64,000 nucleotides of DNA from assembly GCF_009914755.1 (NCBI RefSeq), contig NC_060927.1. One strand, written 5' to 3'. Positions 41,451 through 56,321 of the stretch are shown piece by piece; position 1 is the stretch's first letter, and every line of letters begins with the position of its first letter. Origin of the DNA: the human T2T-CHM13v2.0 reference genome, Homo sapiens. The position numbers and the translations under genes are program-made. The notes beneath the pieces were generated by a model. It made no database searches. It saw nothing but the letters and a program-made list of their open reading frames with translations, and had not been told where the DNA came from.

Positions 41451-42798
41451 GTTAACACAGAACACACTCACTGATCCATATTTCAGAGGACAGTTATTCT
41501 TTCCGGTAGGCATGAAATATTTTTTAATTGATTTGCACTCCCAAGAAGACAAACAGAACAGACAAGAAGTTGACCAATAAACCATATTCGCTGTAGTTTC
41601 TCACTTAGTAGAGAATAATACCCCATGATTCTGACGGAGATCTTAGGAGGTCACACTATTAAACCAACTTTCTAGTTATGGCTACTAGCAAAGAGAAATA
41701 ACTTATTGGTCCTGTGCAAACCAGAAATGAAAATAAAATCACAATCAGGAAAATCAAAACAATAGATAAAATGGCAGCAAAGGTAAAATAACTGCTTGGA
41801 ATCAATCACTTCTGGGGCCAGGAAAAATTGTACCTGAGCTTAATACAGCTCATGAGTTGCACTTCTTGAACAGTGCAGTTTATGTGGCCCCAGAAGATGG
41901 ATCTTCTTGGTCATCTTGGTGGATCTTCAAAGATGATGAAATACAGTTTTCAAAAAGATACAGAAACACACACACACACACACACAGATATAAAAACATG
42001 ACTCACATAGAATGACTACATGTCAAAGATTTATTTGACTCATTAATGAGGGACCTAGCAAGATTGTAAATCTGATTTTGTGCAAGTATTGTTTTCTTAG
42101 TTATGGTACTAGGTTGTAGGTATTAAGGAGATTGTCATTATAGAATACTTGCTGATGTGTTTAGGGATGAGGGCTTATAACATCTAACTTCAGTTTCATG
42201 TAGTTCTGCAATAAAAGAAAAAATAGTACTTAATTATGTGTTTGTATGGGAAAGGAATAGATAAAGCAAATGTGGCAAAATGGTAATTGTTGAACCTAGC
42301 TAATTATTTTGTGGGCTTGAAATTTTTCAAAATTGGGAAAATAGGTATATATAAGGTTATATAGTTCAATTCCTGTTCCTCTTTTTCCCTCTATCCTGTT
42401 CCCTCCATCCATTATTCCTACTGCCCCATAGTTAATTTCCATTAATTTCTTGTTTTTTTTCTTTCTTTGAAATAGAAGCAAATATATACATAGACAGCAC
42501 ACACACACACACACATTGCACATTCTCACTTGTCATTCTTACTGAAGTGGTAGTATGCTATTAATATATACAGTGTTGTGTACCTTCTTTTCTCATATAA
42601 CAATGTATCCTGAAGATCTCTTCATCTTAATTCAGCAACAGGGAGACCATCCTTAGAGCTGCATTGTACTTCACTGTGTAAGCCACAGTTTATTGCTGTC
42701 TCCTGTTGCTGGATACTTGAATGTTTCCAAGATTTCACTGTTATAAACAATGCTACAGTAAAAAATCACGTACACAAGTTATCTTGTACTTCAGCAGG

Positions 42799-43146
42799 TG
42801 TCTTAGCTTAGGCTGCCATAAGAACACCATAAACTGGGTGGTTTAAACAACAGAAATTTATTTTCTGATAGTTCTGGAGCCTGGAAATCCAAGGTCAGGG
42901 TGCCAGTATGGTCATATTCTGGTGAGATTTACAGATGGCCTTCTCTCTGTGTCCTCATATGGTGAACAGCAGGAGGAAGCCCTCTGGTGTCTCTTCTTGT
43001 ACGGGAACTAATCCCCTATGAGGCCCCACCTTCATGACCTCATCTAAACCCCATTATTTTCCAAAGGTCCCATGTTCAAATACCATCACATTAGGAGTTA
43101 GGGATTCAAAATACGAAATTTGGGGAGCACAGTCCCGTACATAGCA
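42799..43146 (-). mobile_element. MaLR solo LTR (MLT1A-like) inserted in old L1
   Basis: TG...CA ends with 5-bp duplication GCAGG on both sides. Confidence 0.85.
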
Positions 43147-46100
43147 GCAGGTATATCTTAAATAAATTAATAGAAATGGGATTGCCAATAGCAAAATATA
43201 AATATGTCTGTAATTTGTTACATATTTGGATTGTTGATCCACTTGGAATTTATCCTGATGTGTGGTGCTAGATATGGATCCAGTTTTTAAAGTCTTCTTC
43301 CAAATGGCTAGCCCATTGTCCCCAAACCATTTATTTTATAATAGCCTTGTTTACCTCACTGATCTGACATTCTGACTTTATCACACATTAGATTCACGGT
43401 ATATATTGGGATCTATTTCTGCTTTTATTGTTTCATTGACTTGTTTATCTGTTCATACTCCAGTTCCATATCATTTTAGTTATTTATACTTGAGATTGTT
43501 TTAATGTCTGATAGGTATTATCTCTCATTTTTTGAATTTTTCTGCCTGTCCTTGCTTGTTTCCTAAATTTTGTCATTTTCTGGGTTTTCCTGACTATTCT
43601 TGCATGTGTTTCTTCATATGAATTTTCTTTTGTTTAACTATGATGGAAAACATATATAAAAGTGTAGTTGTGTAACTATGATGGTCAAACATATATAAAA
43701 GTATGAATCATTGAACTTCTGTTACCCAACTTAAGTGATTATCAGTATTTCGCTATTTTGTGTTTTAGTTATTTCTCCTTTCCTCATTTTTTTGGAGTAT
43801 TTTACAACTATCTCACGTATCATTTCATTCTTAAGTTTTTTAGCCTGTGTCTCTAAGAGATAAAGATTTAAAAAAATTAAAAAACAAAAATTTAAAAAAT
43901 TAAGAAATTTTGCTAGATGGGTCATTATCCCAATCTAGCAAAATTAATATTAATATTAATTAGTAGTTAATAGTCATAATCCAGTATTATCCACATCTAG
44001 TTTAGTTTTCCCTGATTTTTTTCTCAGGGGTCTTGGTTTGTTCAAATCAGGATCCACACAAAGTCCTCACTTTGCATTTGATTGATATGCCCTCTAAATC
44101 TTTAATTTGTAACAGCCTCCTCCTTCCCAACTTCTGTGTTGTTTTCTTCACTTTTTCTTGTTCTGTATGTTTTTTACTATGATTTCTGTGATGTCTGTTT
44201 TCCCTTTTGCTCCTTGTATAAATGTCTCAGTCTTGCTTTCTTAAATAAATTTGTATTTTTCTTTACTTTTGTGAGTTCTGTCACTTCCTGTTTCATATTC
44301 TTTTGCTATTTGGCTATCACTCACTCTGGTTTGGGCCATCCAGTCCTCTGTTCTTTTGGTACTGTCATTGTGTTCTTAAGTGTTTTAGTTTAGTTTAGTT
44401 TTTAGCATGCTGTTTTCATCTGCTTTGCGGCAATATTTCTTTGGTGAGCTTTCATTATCTACTGGAAAGATATACTGCTTGTTTTCAGTTTTTTCCTTAT
44501 GGTTTTTTTGTATTGAGAGATGAGTTGACTTTTCAGTTACTTAGGTTTGAATGAGATTGATTTTGCTGGGGGTTCCTGTGCAGGGAAATGGGCAGGGGTT
44601 AGCTTTACAAGCATCATTGTGTTAAGGGCTCCCTCCTAAGGTCCACTTCTCTGGCTCTTAAAGCCTACCCTGGATTAGGAAGAATCCCACTACCTCTGTA
44701 CCTGTGCTTCCCTGAATTCCTCACAGCCTTTGCATTTCAAGTTGATGCATCTACTTTTAGGGTTTATATTTTGCTGGCATTTTCTGAGTGCTTATGCCCT
44801 TTCTTCTCCCTCCCTACTTTTCTGTTCTCTCTTTCTGCTCCCCCTAGCAACCCTGTCTTTTTAGTTAATCTGTCTACTTCTTTTTCTCACCAGCTCTCTT
44901 GGGATGAGGCCCCTCAGCATCACATTTTTTTCTGTGGTCCCCTGGTGGCATGATAGGGGCCAGTTGGCTTTGCCTTTACCGTCACCTGGCAAGGTTTTCT
45001 CATCCTGTTTTGTTGTTTTCAGATTTGCTTAAAGTAATTTTAACTTAGGGTGGCACCCTTAGCACTTCCCTTTCTTCCCCCTCTGTGTATAGCGTACCTA
45101 CGGTTCTGGTACTAGTGTTTGCTATTTGGGGGAGGGTTCAACCACATTTACAAATCAAATTTGATTTACAAATTTAAAAAGTGATTTAAATTTGTGCAAT
45201 TTCCCGTTTCCTAGTTTACACTGAAGGGTAGCTTTTGTTTTGTTTTGGTTATCTTTCTCTAAGCATGATACCAGCTTTGGAGGTTAAGATTTTTATCATG
45301 TTAAGGAACTATAATTTCTATTTTACGAAGATTTTAAAAAATCAAGAATATTGAATTTTATCAAATACTTTTTCAACATCTATGGAGAAATTTGATTTTT
45401 TAACTTATTATTTTGGAGAATTATATAAGTAGATTTTCTAGTATTAAACCATTTTTGTATTCTTGTTATTTTGGTGTTTTAGACTTGCCTTATCTCTTCA
45501 TCTGGTCATTTTATAGATGTAGATGCTTTCTATATGCCTGAGAATATAATGTGTTCTCTATTTGTGGAGTCTAGTGTTCTCTATGTCTGGTAAACCAAAC
45601 TCGTTAATTGTGTTGCTCAAATCTTCTATAATCTTACACTTTTTTTTAATCTGGTCCAGCCATTGCTGAGACAGATATGTTAAAATCTTCCACTTTGATT
45701 ATGGGTAAATGTGTCAATTTCTCATTATAATTGTTTATATAGATACTATTACATGCAAAATATAAGAAATTTTACATCTTTCTGGCAAATTGGCAAATAT
45801 TAAAAGATTATGTATTATATTTATCCCTAATAATGCTTTTTATTTTATATGGTGTCACTATATCTAATACCACCTAAATTTGTATGCGGCTTATGTTCAT
45901 TTTTTTATAAGGCCAAACTTAAAAAAAAATTCTTATTGATGTTGACATGTTGTTCACTTCCTGTGTTGTTGGATAATTTTTTTCAGATCCACCCTTTCAC
46001 TGAGAGTTAGGCCGTTTGAGGTTCCTGCCTTCATGTGAAGGAGTGAAAGAGGTGCATCTCAATTCTCTGTGTTGTGTGGTTTCCAGACCCTTGTTTCAGT

Positions 46101-46162
46101 TCTCCATGAGGGCCTTTAATAAGTTTTAATTGCTAATTCTTTGGATGTAGAAATAACCCAAC

Positions 46163-46478
<316 letters not shown>

Positions 46479-46776
46479 ACCCAACAGCCAGCTTTCTTCA
46501 ATGTCAGTTTATACTGATGGGCTCATGGATTTCTTTTATTATCTTGATAATCTGCCTGTGTGTTTATAGAGATAGCTGTTATGTATTATCCTTCAGTTTT
46601 CGGGTATTTTGTGATCGGAGAATTTCCAGGTAACCCTGTCAGCCACATTGCTGGAAATGCAAGTCTTCAGATTAAAGATTTTTTTTTTGAAACCAATGCT
46701 TAAATACTTGGTGGGGAAAGAGAAATAAAATCACCTCCCTCTTTTTTTTTTTTGTTGTTGACGTTTTTCTTTTTAG

Positions 46777-46999
46777 CATGCAGCAGAACTGATTAAAACA
46801 GTGGCATCTCGCTATGATGAATATGTTAATGTGAAGGATTTTTCTGACAAAATCAATCGTGCCCTTGCTGCAGCAAAGAAGGATAATGACTTCATTTATC
46901 ATGATCGAGTTCCAGACCTTAAAGATCTAGATCCTATTGGCAAAGCCACACTTGTGAAATCTACCCCGGTCAATGTACCCATCAGTCAGAAATTTACTG
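46777..46999 (+). CDS. PDCD6IP: PDCD6IP exon 8
   Basis: ttttag|CAT; HAAELIKTVASRYDEY...KKDNDFIYHDRVP...SQKFT; donor CTG|GTATGT. Confidence 0.97.
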
Positions 47000-47306
47000 G
47001 TATGTCAGTTATTCAGACACACTTTAATCTCATTTTTCTCTAGTTTACTCTGTTTTTCCTAGCTAAAAATCACATAATTGCTGTTGTATGCTTTGAATAT
47101 AATTTGTATTCATGTTGTTTAAAATGAATATGAGAATAAATATTGTGCCAGTGCAATGTTAAGATGGAAAGTAAACAATAATAAAGCATATGTAAAGTAT
47201 ACAATAGTTAGAAGACTTGAAACTGTGTGTTTGATTAAGACTGTAGCACTTGTCATTTTGTTAACTTTTGTTATTTAAGATGCTGCCATTAAAAATAAAC
47301 AAATAT

Positions 47307-47620
47307 GGCTGGATGTGGTGGCTCACACCTGTAATCCTAGCACTTTGGGAGGCTGAGATGGGTAGATTGCTTGAGCTCAGGAGTTAGAGACCAGCCTGAG
47401 CAACTGGCAAAACCCTGTCTCTACCAAAAAAAAAAAAAAAAATTAACTGGGCATGGTGGTGCATGCCTGTGGCTTTAGCTACTCTGGAGGCTGAGGTGGG
47501 AGGCTCGCTTGAGCCCAGGAGGTGGAGGTTGCAGTGAGCTGAGACCGTGCCACCATACTCCAGCCTGGGTGACAGAGAGAGATCTTTTCTCAAAAATAAA
47601 TAAATAAATAAATAAAATAA
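47307..47620 (+). mobile_element. Alu (AluJ-type)
   Basis: Full dimer with (TAAA)n tail. Confidence 0.93.
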
Positions 47621-47649
47621 ATATAAAAATAAACCACAAAAATATATAT

Positions 47650-47952
47650 TTTTTTCTTTTCTTTTTTTTTTGAGACGGAGTATCGCTCTTGTTGCCCAGG
47701 CTGGAGTGCAATGGTGCTGTCTCCCTCACTGCAACCTCTGCCTCCTGGGTTCAAGTGATTCTCCTGCCTCAGCCTCCCAAGTAGCTGGGACTACAGGCGC
47801 CTGCCACCTCGCCCAGCTAGTTTTGTATTTTTAGTAGAGACGGGGTTTCTCCGTGTTGGTCAGGCTGGCCTGGAACTCCCGACTTCAGGTGATCCACCTG
47901 CCTCAGCCTCCCAAAGTGCTTGGATTACAGGCATGAGCCACCGTGCCCGGCC
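47650..47952 (-). mobile_element. Alu (AluS-type)
   Basis: Reverse dimer, tail-to-tail with the preceding Alu. Confidence 0.95.
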
Positions 47953-48310
47953 TATTTCTTTAAACATGTAAACTTCTGGAGTGGTATTTGTATGAGATAA
48001 ATACATGTTATTATATTGTAGATGTATACAACAGATGGTAGCCTCTAGCTGAGATTCCAAGGAGAATATTCTGTTACTGGGAAAGGGTGATTATATGTTT
48101 ATTTAGCAAACACAAAGTGTTTACCATGTGCCAGGCACTCTTTAAGCACTTTACAAATATTAGCTCATTTGTTTTCAGAAGTGCCCTGAGATGGGTACTG
48201 TTATTATCCCTATTTGATGAGGATACTGATGCACAGAGTGGTTAAGTAATTTCCTCAAGGTCACATAGCTAGGAAGTGTTGGAGCCAGAAATGGAATCCT
48301 GCTGCCGTGA

Positions 48311-48620
<310 letters not shown>

Positions 48621-48936
48621 CCTCATTCAGTTTAATCAACAGATGAACAGTGTCACTGAAGATCCCTCAAACTCAGTGATGAACACATCTGAAAAAGAAA
48701 GAAAATTAAGTTCAAAGAAGAAACTTTTCATTGTTGCCGTTGTCCATGAATGTAGTGATCTAAAAATTCTCTTTATCATTGTGCTTTAAATAGTGATTTA
48801 GTTTTGATCTTTAAATGTCAATAGACAATAAATATTTATAGACTATGTGAATATTGGAAAGAAAATATAAACAGTCACTTTTACAGTTCGGGTTTTTGTC
48901 TAAAAATTTTGTTGTAATTTCTCTTCCTAATTTTAG

Positions 48937-49060
48937 ATCTGTTTGAGAAGATGGTTCCCGTGTCAGTACAGCAGTCTTTGGCTGCCTATAATCAGAGGAA
49001 AGCCGATTTGGTTAACAGATCAATTGCTCAGATGAGAGAAGCCACCACTTTGGCAAATGG
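48937..49060 (+). CDS. PDCD6IP: PDCD6IP exon 9
   Basis: ttttag|AT; DLFEKMVPVSVQQSLAAYNQRKADLVNRSIAQMREATTLANG; donor TGG|GTAGGT. Confidence 0.97.
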
Positions 49061-49539
49061 GTAGGTAGAGCTTAATTTTAGAGCCTAAAGTTTTCCGTTT
49101 GGTTGTTCTTTAGTTTATGAACATTTTAGTTTCTGAGCTTAGAGCTAAATGTCAAGAGTATATAAAATAGAAAATGTAGACACACACTTACAACTATTTT
49201 TGTTGGACACTGTATTTATGAAGCTCTAGCAAATATAGTTGGAAGAAATTATAGAAACAAGGTGAGGATATGAGGACTAAAAATTTGTATTTTAAGAGGT
49301 ATTTATTTGGAAATGAGAAGTAGAAATGAACTCAGATACATGGTACATTTAGTGTTCTGAACCAATTTTTGTTTCTGATGGACTGAATACTAAGAAAATA
49401 ATTCATTGGTTTAAAAAATTTTTAGGTATATTTTACACACACAAAATACACCTATTCTAAGTGCACAGTTCAATTATTATATGTATATGTGTGTGTGTGT
49501 GTGTATGTGTATATATATATATTTATGTATATATATATA

Positions 49540-49846
<307 letters not shown>

Positions 49847-50172
49847 TAGTTTTGATAAATGTATGTACCCATGTAACCGGCACTATGATTAAGTTAGAGA
49901 ACATTACTGTTACCCTAAAAAAATTCTCTCATGCCCCTTTCCCAGTCCTTCTTCTTTTAGCCCCTGGCCGCTATTGATCTGCTCCCTGTCTTAAGTTTAG
50001 TTTTACTTTTTATACAATTTAAAACACGTGTAATCATTCTAGCATATGCATATACAGTACTTACAGTATGTACAGTATATACTTAGAATGTGTTTTGCTT
50101 TTTTTCACTTAGCTACTGTTTTTGAGATTCATCTATATTATGTGTATCAGTTTCAGTCTTTTCTATGGCTGA

Positions 50173-50255
50173 GCAGTATTCCATTTTATGGTTATAGGGC
50201 AGTATTCCATTTTATGGTTATACGGCAGTATTCCATTTTATGGTTATAGAGCAGT
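50173..50255. repeat. 26-bp minisatellite, about 3.2 copies
   Basis: GCAGTATTCCATTTTATGGTTATANN starts at 50173, 50199 and 50225. Confidence 0.95.
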
Positions 50256-50753
50256 TTGTTAACTCTTTCACCTGTTAATGGGCATTTCAGTTTCTGTGAA
50301 CATTCATGTATAAATCTTCGTGTGGACATATTTTAGTTCTCTTGGGTAAATACTTAGGAGACAAATTGTTAGGTTGTGTGGTTAGCATATTTAATTTTAT
50401 ACAAAATTGCCAGGTTGTTTTCCAAAGTGGTTGTTCCATTTTATATCCTATCTGCACTGTTTGAAAATACAATTGTTCTGCATCCTCACCAATACTTGGT
50501 ATGTCAGTCTTTTTAGTTTTAGCTACTTTAGTGTGTGTGTAGCAGAATCTCACAGTGATTTAGTTTGCATTCTCCTAATTGCTAATGATACTGAGCAGCT
50601 TTTCATGTGCTTACTAGCCATTCATATATTTTCTGTAAAGTGTCTATTGAAATCTTTTTCTCAGTTTTTAAAAGTGAGTTTTTCTTAATAGTTAAAGACT
50701 TCTTTACATATTTTGGAGGCAAGTCCTTTGTCAGATACATATAATTGAGAATA

Positions 50754-51181
50754 TAGGTGACCCTGAACAACATGGGGTTATGGATGCTGACCCCCCTGCA
50801 CAGTCAAATCTGCATATAACTTCTGAGTCCCCAAAACTTAACTACTAATAGCCTGCTGTTGACCAGAAGCCTTACCGATAAACAGTCAATTAACACATAC
50901 TTTGTATATGTATTATATAGTATATTCTTATAATAAATAAGCTAGAGAAAAAATACTATTAAGAAAATCATAAGGAAGAGAAAATATATTTACTATGATT
51001 AAATGGAAATGGATCATCATAAAGGTCTTCATCCTTGTCTATTTCAAGTTTGAGTAGGCTGAGGAAGAGGCGGAAGGAGGGTTGGTCTTGCTGTCTTACA
51101 GGTGGCAGAGGTGAAAGAGGTGAAAGTCCACAGGTACACGGACTCATGTAGTTCAAATCTGTGTTGTTCAAGGGCCAACTG
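50754..51181. mobile_element. Tigger2a/MER28-like Tc1-mariner MITE
   Basis: Terminal inverted repeats taggtgaccctgaacaaca / tgttgttcaagggccaactg with TA flanks. Confidence 0.85.
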
Positions 51182-51758
51182 TATTTCTCTTGTAGTTGGC
51201 TTGCCTTTTCATGTTTTTAGTTTTGATTAATGCATGGATTTTACCATCATTTTTCTCTAACAAGAAAGGAATGTAAGTTTACTCTAGCATATGATAAACA
51301 GGCAGTCTGAGATTTTACAGAGCTTATTTTCTGAGGAGTTCATTGTATTACATCATTTCATTTGCCTTTTTGTCGTTACATAGTAGATAGGGATATGTAC
51401 CTCCCTTCGCCATCATGTAACTGAAATAACTGAGGAATTGTTATTGTGCTACAAAACTGAGAACAGATGAAGATTCTGTAATGAATACTTAGATCATCTA
51501 TTTTCTGTTGACATTTTGCCTAGATGATGTGAAATTATAACTATTGATTCTGTTGAAAGAGAGCAAAAAAGAAAAAAATAACTATTTTGTGTATTGTTTC
51601 TGACTTGTTAGAGATGCTGTAACAATCAAAAGTATAAAAGACTGCTTTTTTAGGATAGAATTTTTGACTTTTAATTACTTAGACTGAAAGAAGTTTGAAC
51701 TGTAAGCCGACGATACCTAATATATTTTAATGCGGTCATAGTTTTTCTTATTTTTTGA

Positions 51759-52059
<301 letters not shown>

Positions 52060-52154
52060 TATTTTTTGGCTTTTAATTCTGAATTGTGGGCTTCATTTTT
52101 TAATGATTTTGGTTTAATTTTATCAATCACTGATTTTTTTTGTTTTTCTGTTAA

Positions 52155-52470
<316 letters not shown>

Positions 52471-52629
52471 TTTGCTTTGCTTTTAATTGATAGGGCTTAT
52501 CCAGTTTTTCTGGGTGCTAACTCCATTGCTGTTGATTTGGTTATAGAATACTAAATTAAATAAAGTAAGTATTGATGAGGAGTTAAATTGTTTTAGACTT
52601 CAGTATAACATAGTATCTCATTTTTTCAG

Positions 52630-52807
52630 GGTGCTAGCTTCCCTTAATCTTCCAGCAGCAATTGAAGATGTGTCTGGAGACACTGTACCTCAGTCTATAT
52701 TGACTAAATCCAGATCTGTGATTGAACAGGGAGGCATCCAGACTGTTGATCAGTTGATTAAAGAACTGCCTGAATTACTGCAACGAAATAGAGAAATCCT
52801 AGATGAG
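52630..52807 (+). CDS. PDCD6IP: PDCD6IP exon 10
   Basis: ttttcag|G; VLASLNLPAAIEDVSGD...NREILDE; donor GAG|GTATGT. Confidence 0.97.
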
Positions 52808-54109
52808 GTATGTTTTATAAGATTTGCTTTTCAAGTATAAACACTGTGATCCCTTGATGTCCAGCAGGGATTGGGACTGGAGACTTCCTCATGCTAGTAC
52901 AGTGTAGTTAGTATTCATCACTTTGGTGAATTTACTGTGGCCCAGAGCCTTCTCTTTAGCATAAGAGAAATTCTGGTTGAGTGAGAATGGGTTTCATTCT
53001 TATCTTAAGGGTAAGTAAGTACACACTAATGAAACTCAAATGACCACTGTGTAAAACTAGTATACTGTGAGAAATCAACTGTCATACAAACTGTTCAGTC
53101 TTTGTAATTATTGATTTATTTTATGCATAGCATGTAGCAAGATTTTTCTTTTTAATTTAATTTGTCTTAACCTGGAAGGTTAAACCCTTTAATTTATCCC
53201 TAATTTCTTAAAATATATTAAATATATTTGTTTTATATTATTTATCTTATAATTCCAATATCTGTAGTTTTTGTGGGTTTGAGTCTATGATTTGTAATTT
53301 TTGCTGATTCTTGCTTATGGTGGCTTGTTTTCTCTTGTGTTCAGTTTTTTTGTTACTGTTTTTTAAAACTTTAAAAAATAGTTTCAGATTTACAGAGTCT
53401 TTGCAAATTTAGTGTAGAAAGTTCCTGTATATTTTTCACCTAGCTTCCCTGAAAGTTAAAATCTTATGCGGTCATGGCACATTTGTTAAAACTAGGAAAT
53501 TGACATTGGTACAGTATTATTACTCAGATTTTACCAGTTATTCCACCAGTGTTCCTCATTCTGTTCCAAGATCCAGTACAGAATACTGAATTGCATTTAG
53601 TGTTCAGTGAGTTTTGATTGTGCATTCATATTTCCTGTACTTATTTGTGGGAATTCATTGAGATCTGGGTTTAAGGTGAATTCTAGAAAGAATTTGTGTT
53701 TGCTTCTGCCATAAAAAGGCATTATATACCTGGTACCTCCTCAAACTTAAGAGGTTTTTTCCTTTCTTTTATAATCTTTTAATTATAGTAGTAATTTATC
53801 TTAAGACTTTGTGTCACACAGATAGTGCGGTTTCTAGTCCCAAGTTCAGGCTTTTGATCAGGAATCTCAGATAATACTTCTTGTTTTTTCTTTTTTCTTT
53901 AGAGCCAAGGTCCAGACAGGCATGTTTTCTTTTGTAGGGCAGTTTTCTGTTTTAAAAATTCATCCACTGAGAATCACCTGTTTGGAAGTATACCAGTTTG
54001 AGGGTGGAGAGTGCTTTTGATCTGACCTCTCACCTTTTATTGTCCCTACCTATGTTTCTTGTTGACTTTTCATGTTCTAAATTCACAATCCAAGTCAATG
54101 GTGAACTAC

Positions 54110-54302
54110 ACAGCTGGTGAACTATGGATGGTGGGCCAGTGCTAGCTTGTGGCCTACTTTTTTTGTATGGTTCACTAGTTAAGGATAATTTTTATCTTTT
54201 TTAGAGCATTGTCAAAAAAGAAGAATTCTATGTACCGTAGACTGTGGCCCACAAAACCTAAAATATTTACTCTGTGGTGTTTGACACAAGTTTGCTATTC
54301 TT
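54110..54302. mobile_element. MER58-like hAT remnant
   Basis: agactgtggcccacaaaacctaaaatatttactctgtgg...aagtttgc. Confidence 0.65.
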
Positions 54303-54844
54303 TGTCCTAAGCTATCAGGGATTGTCATACATTGTTGGTGCTAGCACTGTGTCTACTGGTAGATTAGTATTTCCTTGTGTTTCTGGCCCCCTACTATCCT
54401 GTCATCTTATCTGTGCATTAAAAAGGCATTTAAAAATATATTAAACATAATTTTCTGTTTGTTGTATTGGAATGAAAGTCTAAATTTTATATTTTTTAAT
54501 GTAATTGATCAGTTTTCCCCTTTTGTTTATGGCTTCTATTTATTTATTTTAATCTTAAAACTTTCTTTAAATTGATATATGGATGTAAATAGTCTCTTAT
54601 TTATTCCTCCTTTTTTTTTTTTTTACTGAGAAAGGTGATAGCTAATTCACCCTTAAATTTATAAGACTTTTTGTTAAATGCATTATAACTTAGATGTCTG
54701 CAAGAAAAAAGTCGATTTATATTCTAACCTAGTATTCCCATCTCACCAAATTCTCACTTATATTGTGTATGAACATTTATTAAATGTATTAAAGTTTTTA
54801 TACCAGAAATGACATTTCAGGGTTCTTTTTGCTTCCTTTTAAAG

Positions 54845-54956
54845 TCATTAAGGTTGTTGGATGAAGAAGAAGCAACCGATAATGATTTAAGAGCAAAATT
54901 TAAGGAACGTTGGCAAAGGACACCATCCAATGAACTGTATAAGCCTTTAAGAGCAG
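54845..54956 (+). CDS. PDCD6IP: PDCD6IP exon 11
   Basis: ttttaaag|TCA; SLRLLDEEEATDNDLRAKFKERWQRTPSNELYKPLRA; donor CAG|GTAAAA. Confidence 0.96.
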
Positions 54957-55165
54957 GTAAAAATGTGTATAAATGACCTTCATTTGAATAAATTCCCAAT
55001 TTCGACCCACGTTTTTGCTTGATTAAATTAGGCTCAGTTGTAAATTCATTTTTACCGAAACTGTTTTTCCTCAGTTTTAGTATAAAGATTAAAAAAGTTC
55101 ACAAAAGTAATCTGCCAATTGTCAGAAGTACAGATTTTTAAGAAAGGTATGAAGTGAAAAGTTAA

Positions 55166-55513
<348 letters not shown>

Positions 55514-56151
55514 CCTGTGCATATTTTAAAAACATAAATGAGAGCATATTACATTTATGGCTTTGTAATTTTTTTCATTTAGTAGTGAATCCTGGGTGGT
55601 AAAAAAAAAAATGAGCTTTAAGTTATTTTGAGGCCAAATTTATGCTTCTTAAGACTTTGATTATTAAGATTTTGTGCTTGCTGAGATAAATGCTATCTTC
55701 ATGGTGGCTGGAGATTAGTTTTATTTATCTTTGTAAAAAGTTCATATATTATTGAGATTTTTCTAAAAATCTTTTTTTTTTTTAAGTCACATTGCTCTTT
55801 TGACAGAGGAATACTTTTAAAATAAATGGACCAGTTTTTGGAGAGAATGATTTCTTCTTCATTCATGAGTTATAGGAAAAGATTAATATTAATTAACTTT
55901 TATTTGGCAGATAGTAACCACCAAATGTATTTTAAGGTATAGCTATGCTTTTGATTTTATAAGTGATTTTGTCATCTTTCTAAAAACGAGAACGCAAAGA
56001 CTGTCAGGAGCTGTTTTTATTATGAAGTGAATTGGGGTCTATAGAAGGGGAGGATAAGTAAAGTTGGAGACTAGAACTCAACATATAACCAGCCGATAAA
56101 CGTTGCTGTTAGAATCACTTCTGTGCTCTGCAAACTTTTATTTTCTCCCAG

Positions 56152-56321
56152 AGGGAACCAACTTCAGAACAGTTTTAGATAAAGCTGTGCAGGCAGATGG
56201 ACAAGTGAAAGAATGTTACCAGTCTCATCGTGACACCATCGTGCTTTTGTGTAAGCCAGAGCCTGAGCTGAATGCTGCCATCCCTTCTGCTAATCCAGCA
56301 AAGACCATGCAGGGCAGTGAG
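56152..56321 (+). CDS. PDCD6IP: PDCD6IP exon 12
   Basis: ctcccag|AG; EGTNFRTVLDKAVQADGQVKECYQSH...KTMQGSE; donor GAG|GTAAGA. Confidence 0.97.

Noticed and set aside
40880-42110. Non-Alu block possibly derived from an ERV internal region
   Set aside because: Resemblance only; no ORF or LTR pair I can support. Needs a Dfam/RepeatMasker search.
50173-50255. CRISPR-like direct repeats
   Set aside because: Repeats are contiguous with no unique spacers, and the context is a mammalian intron.
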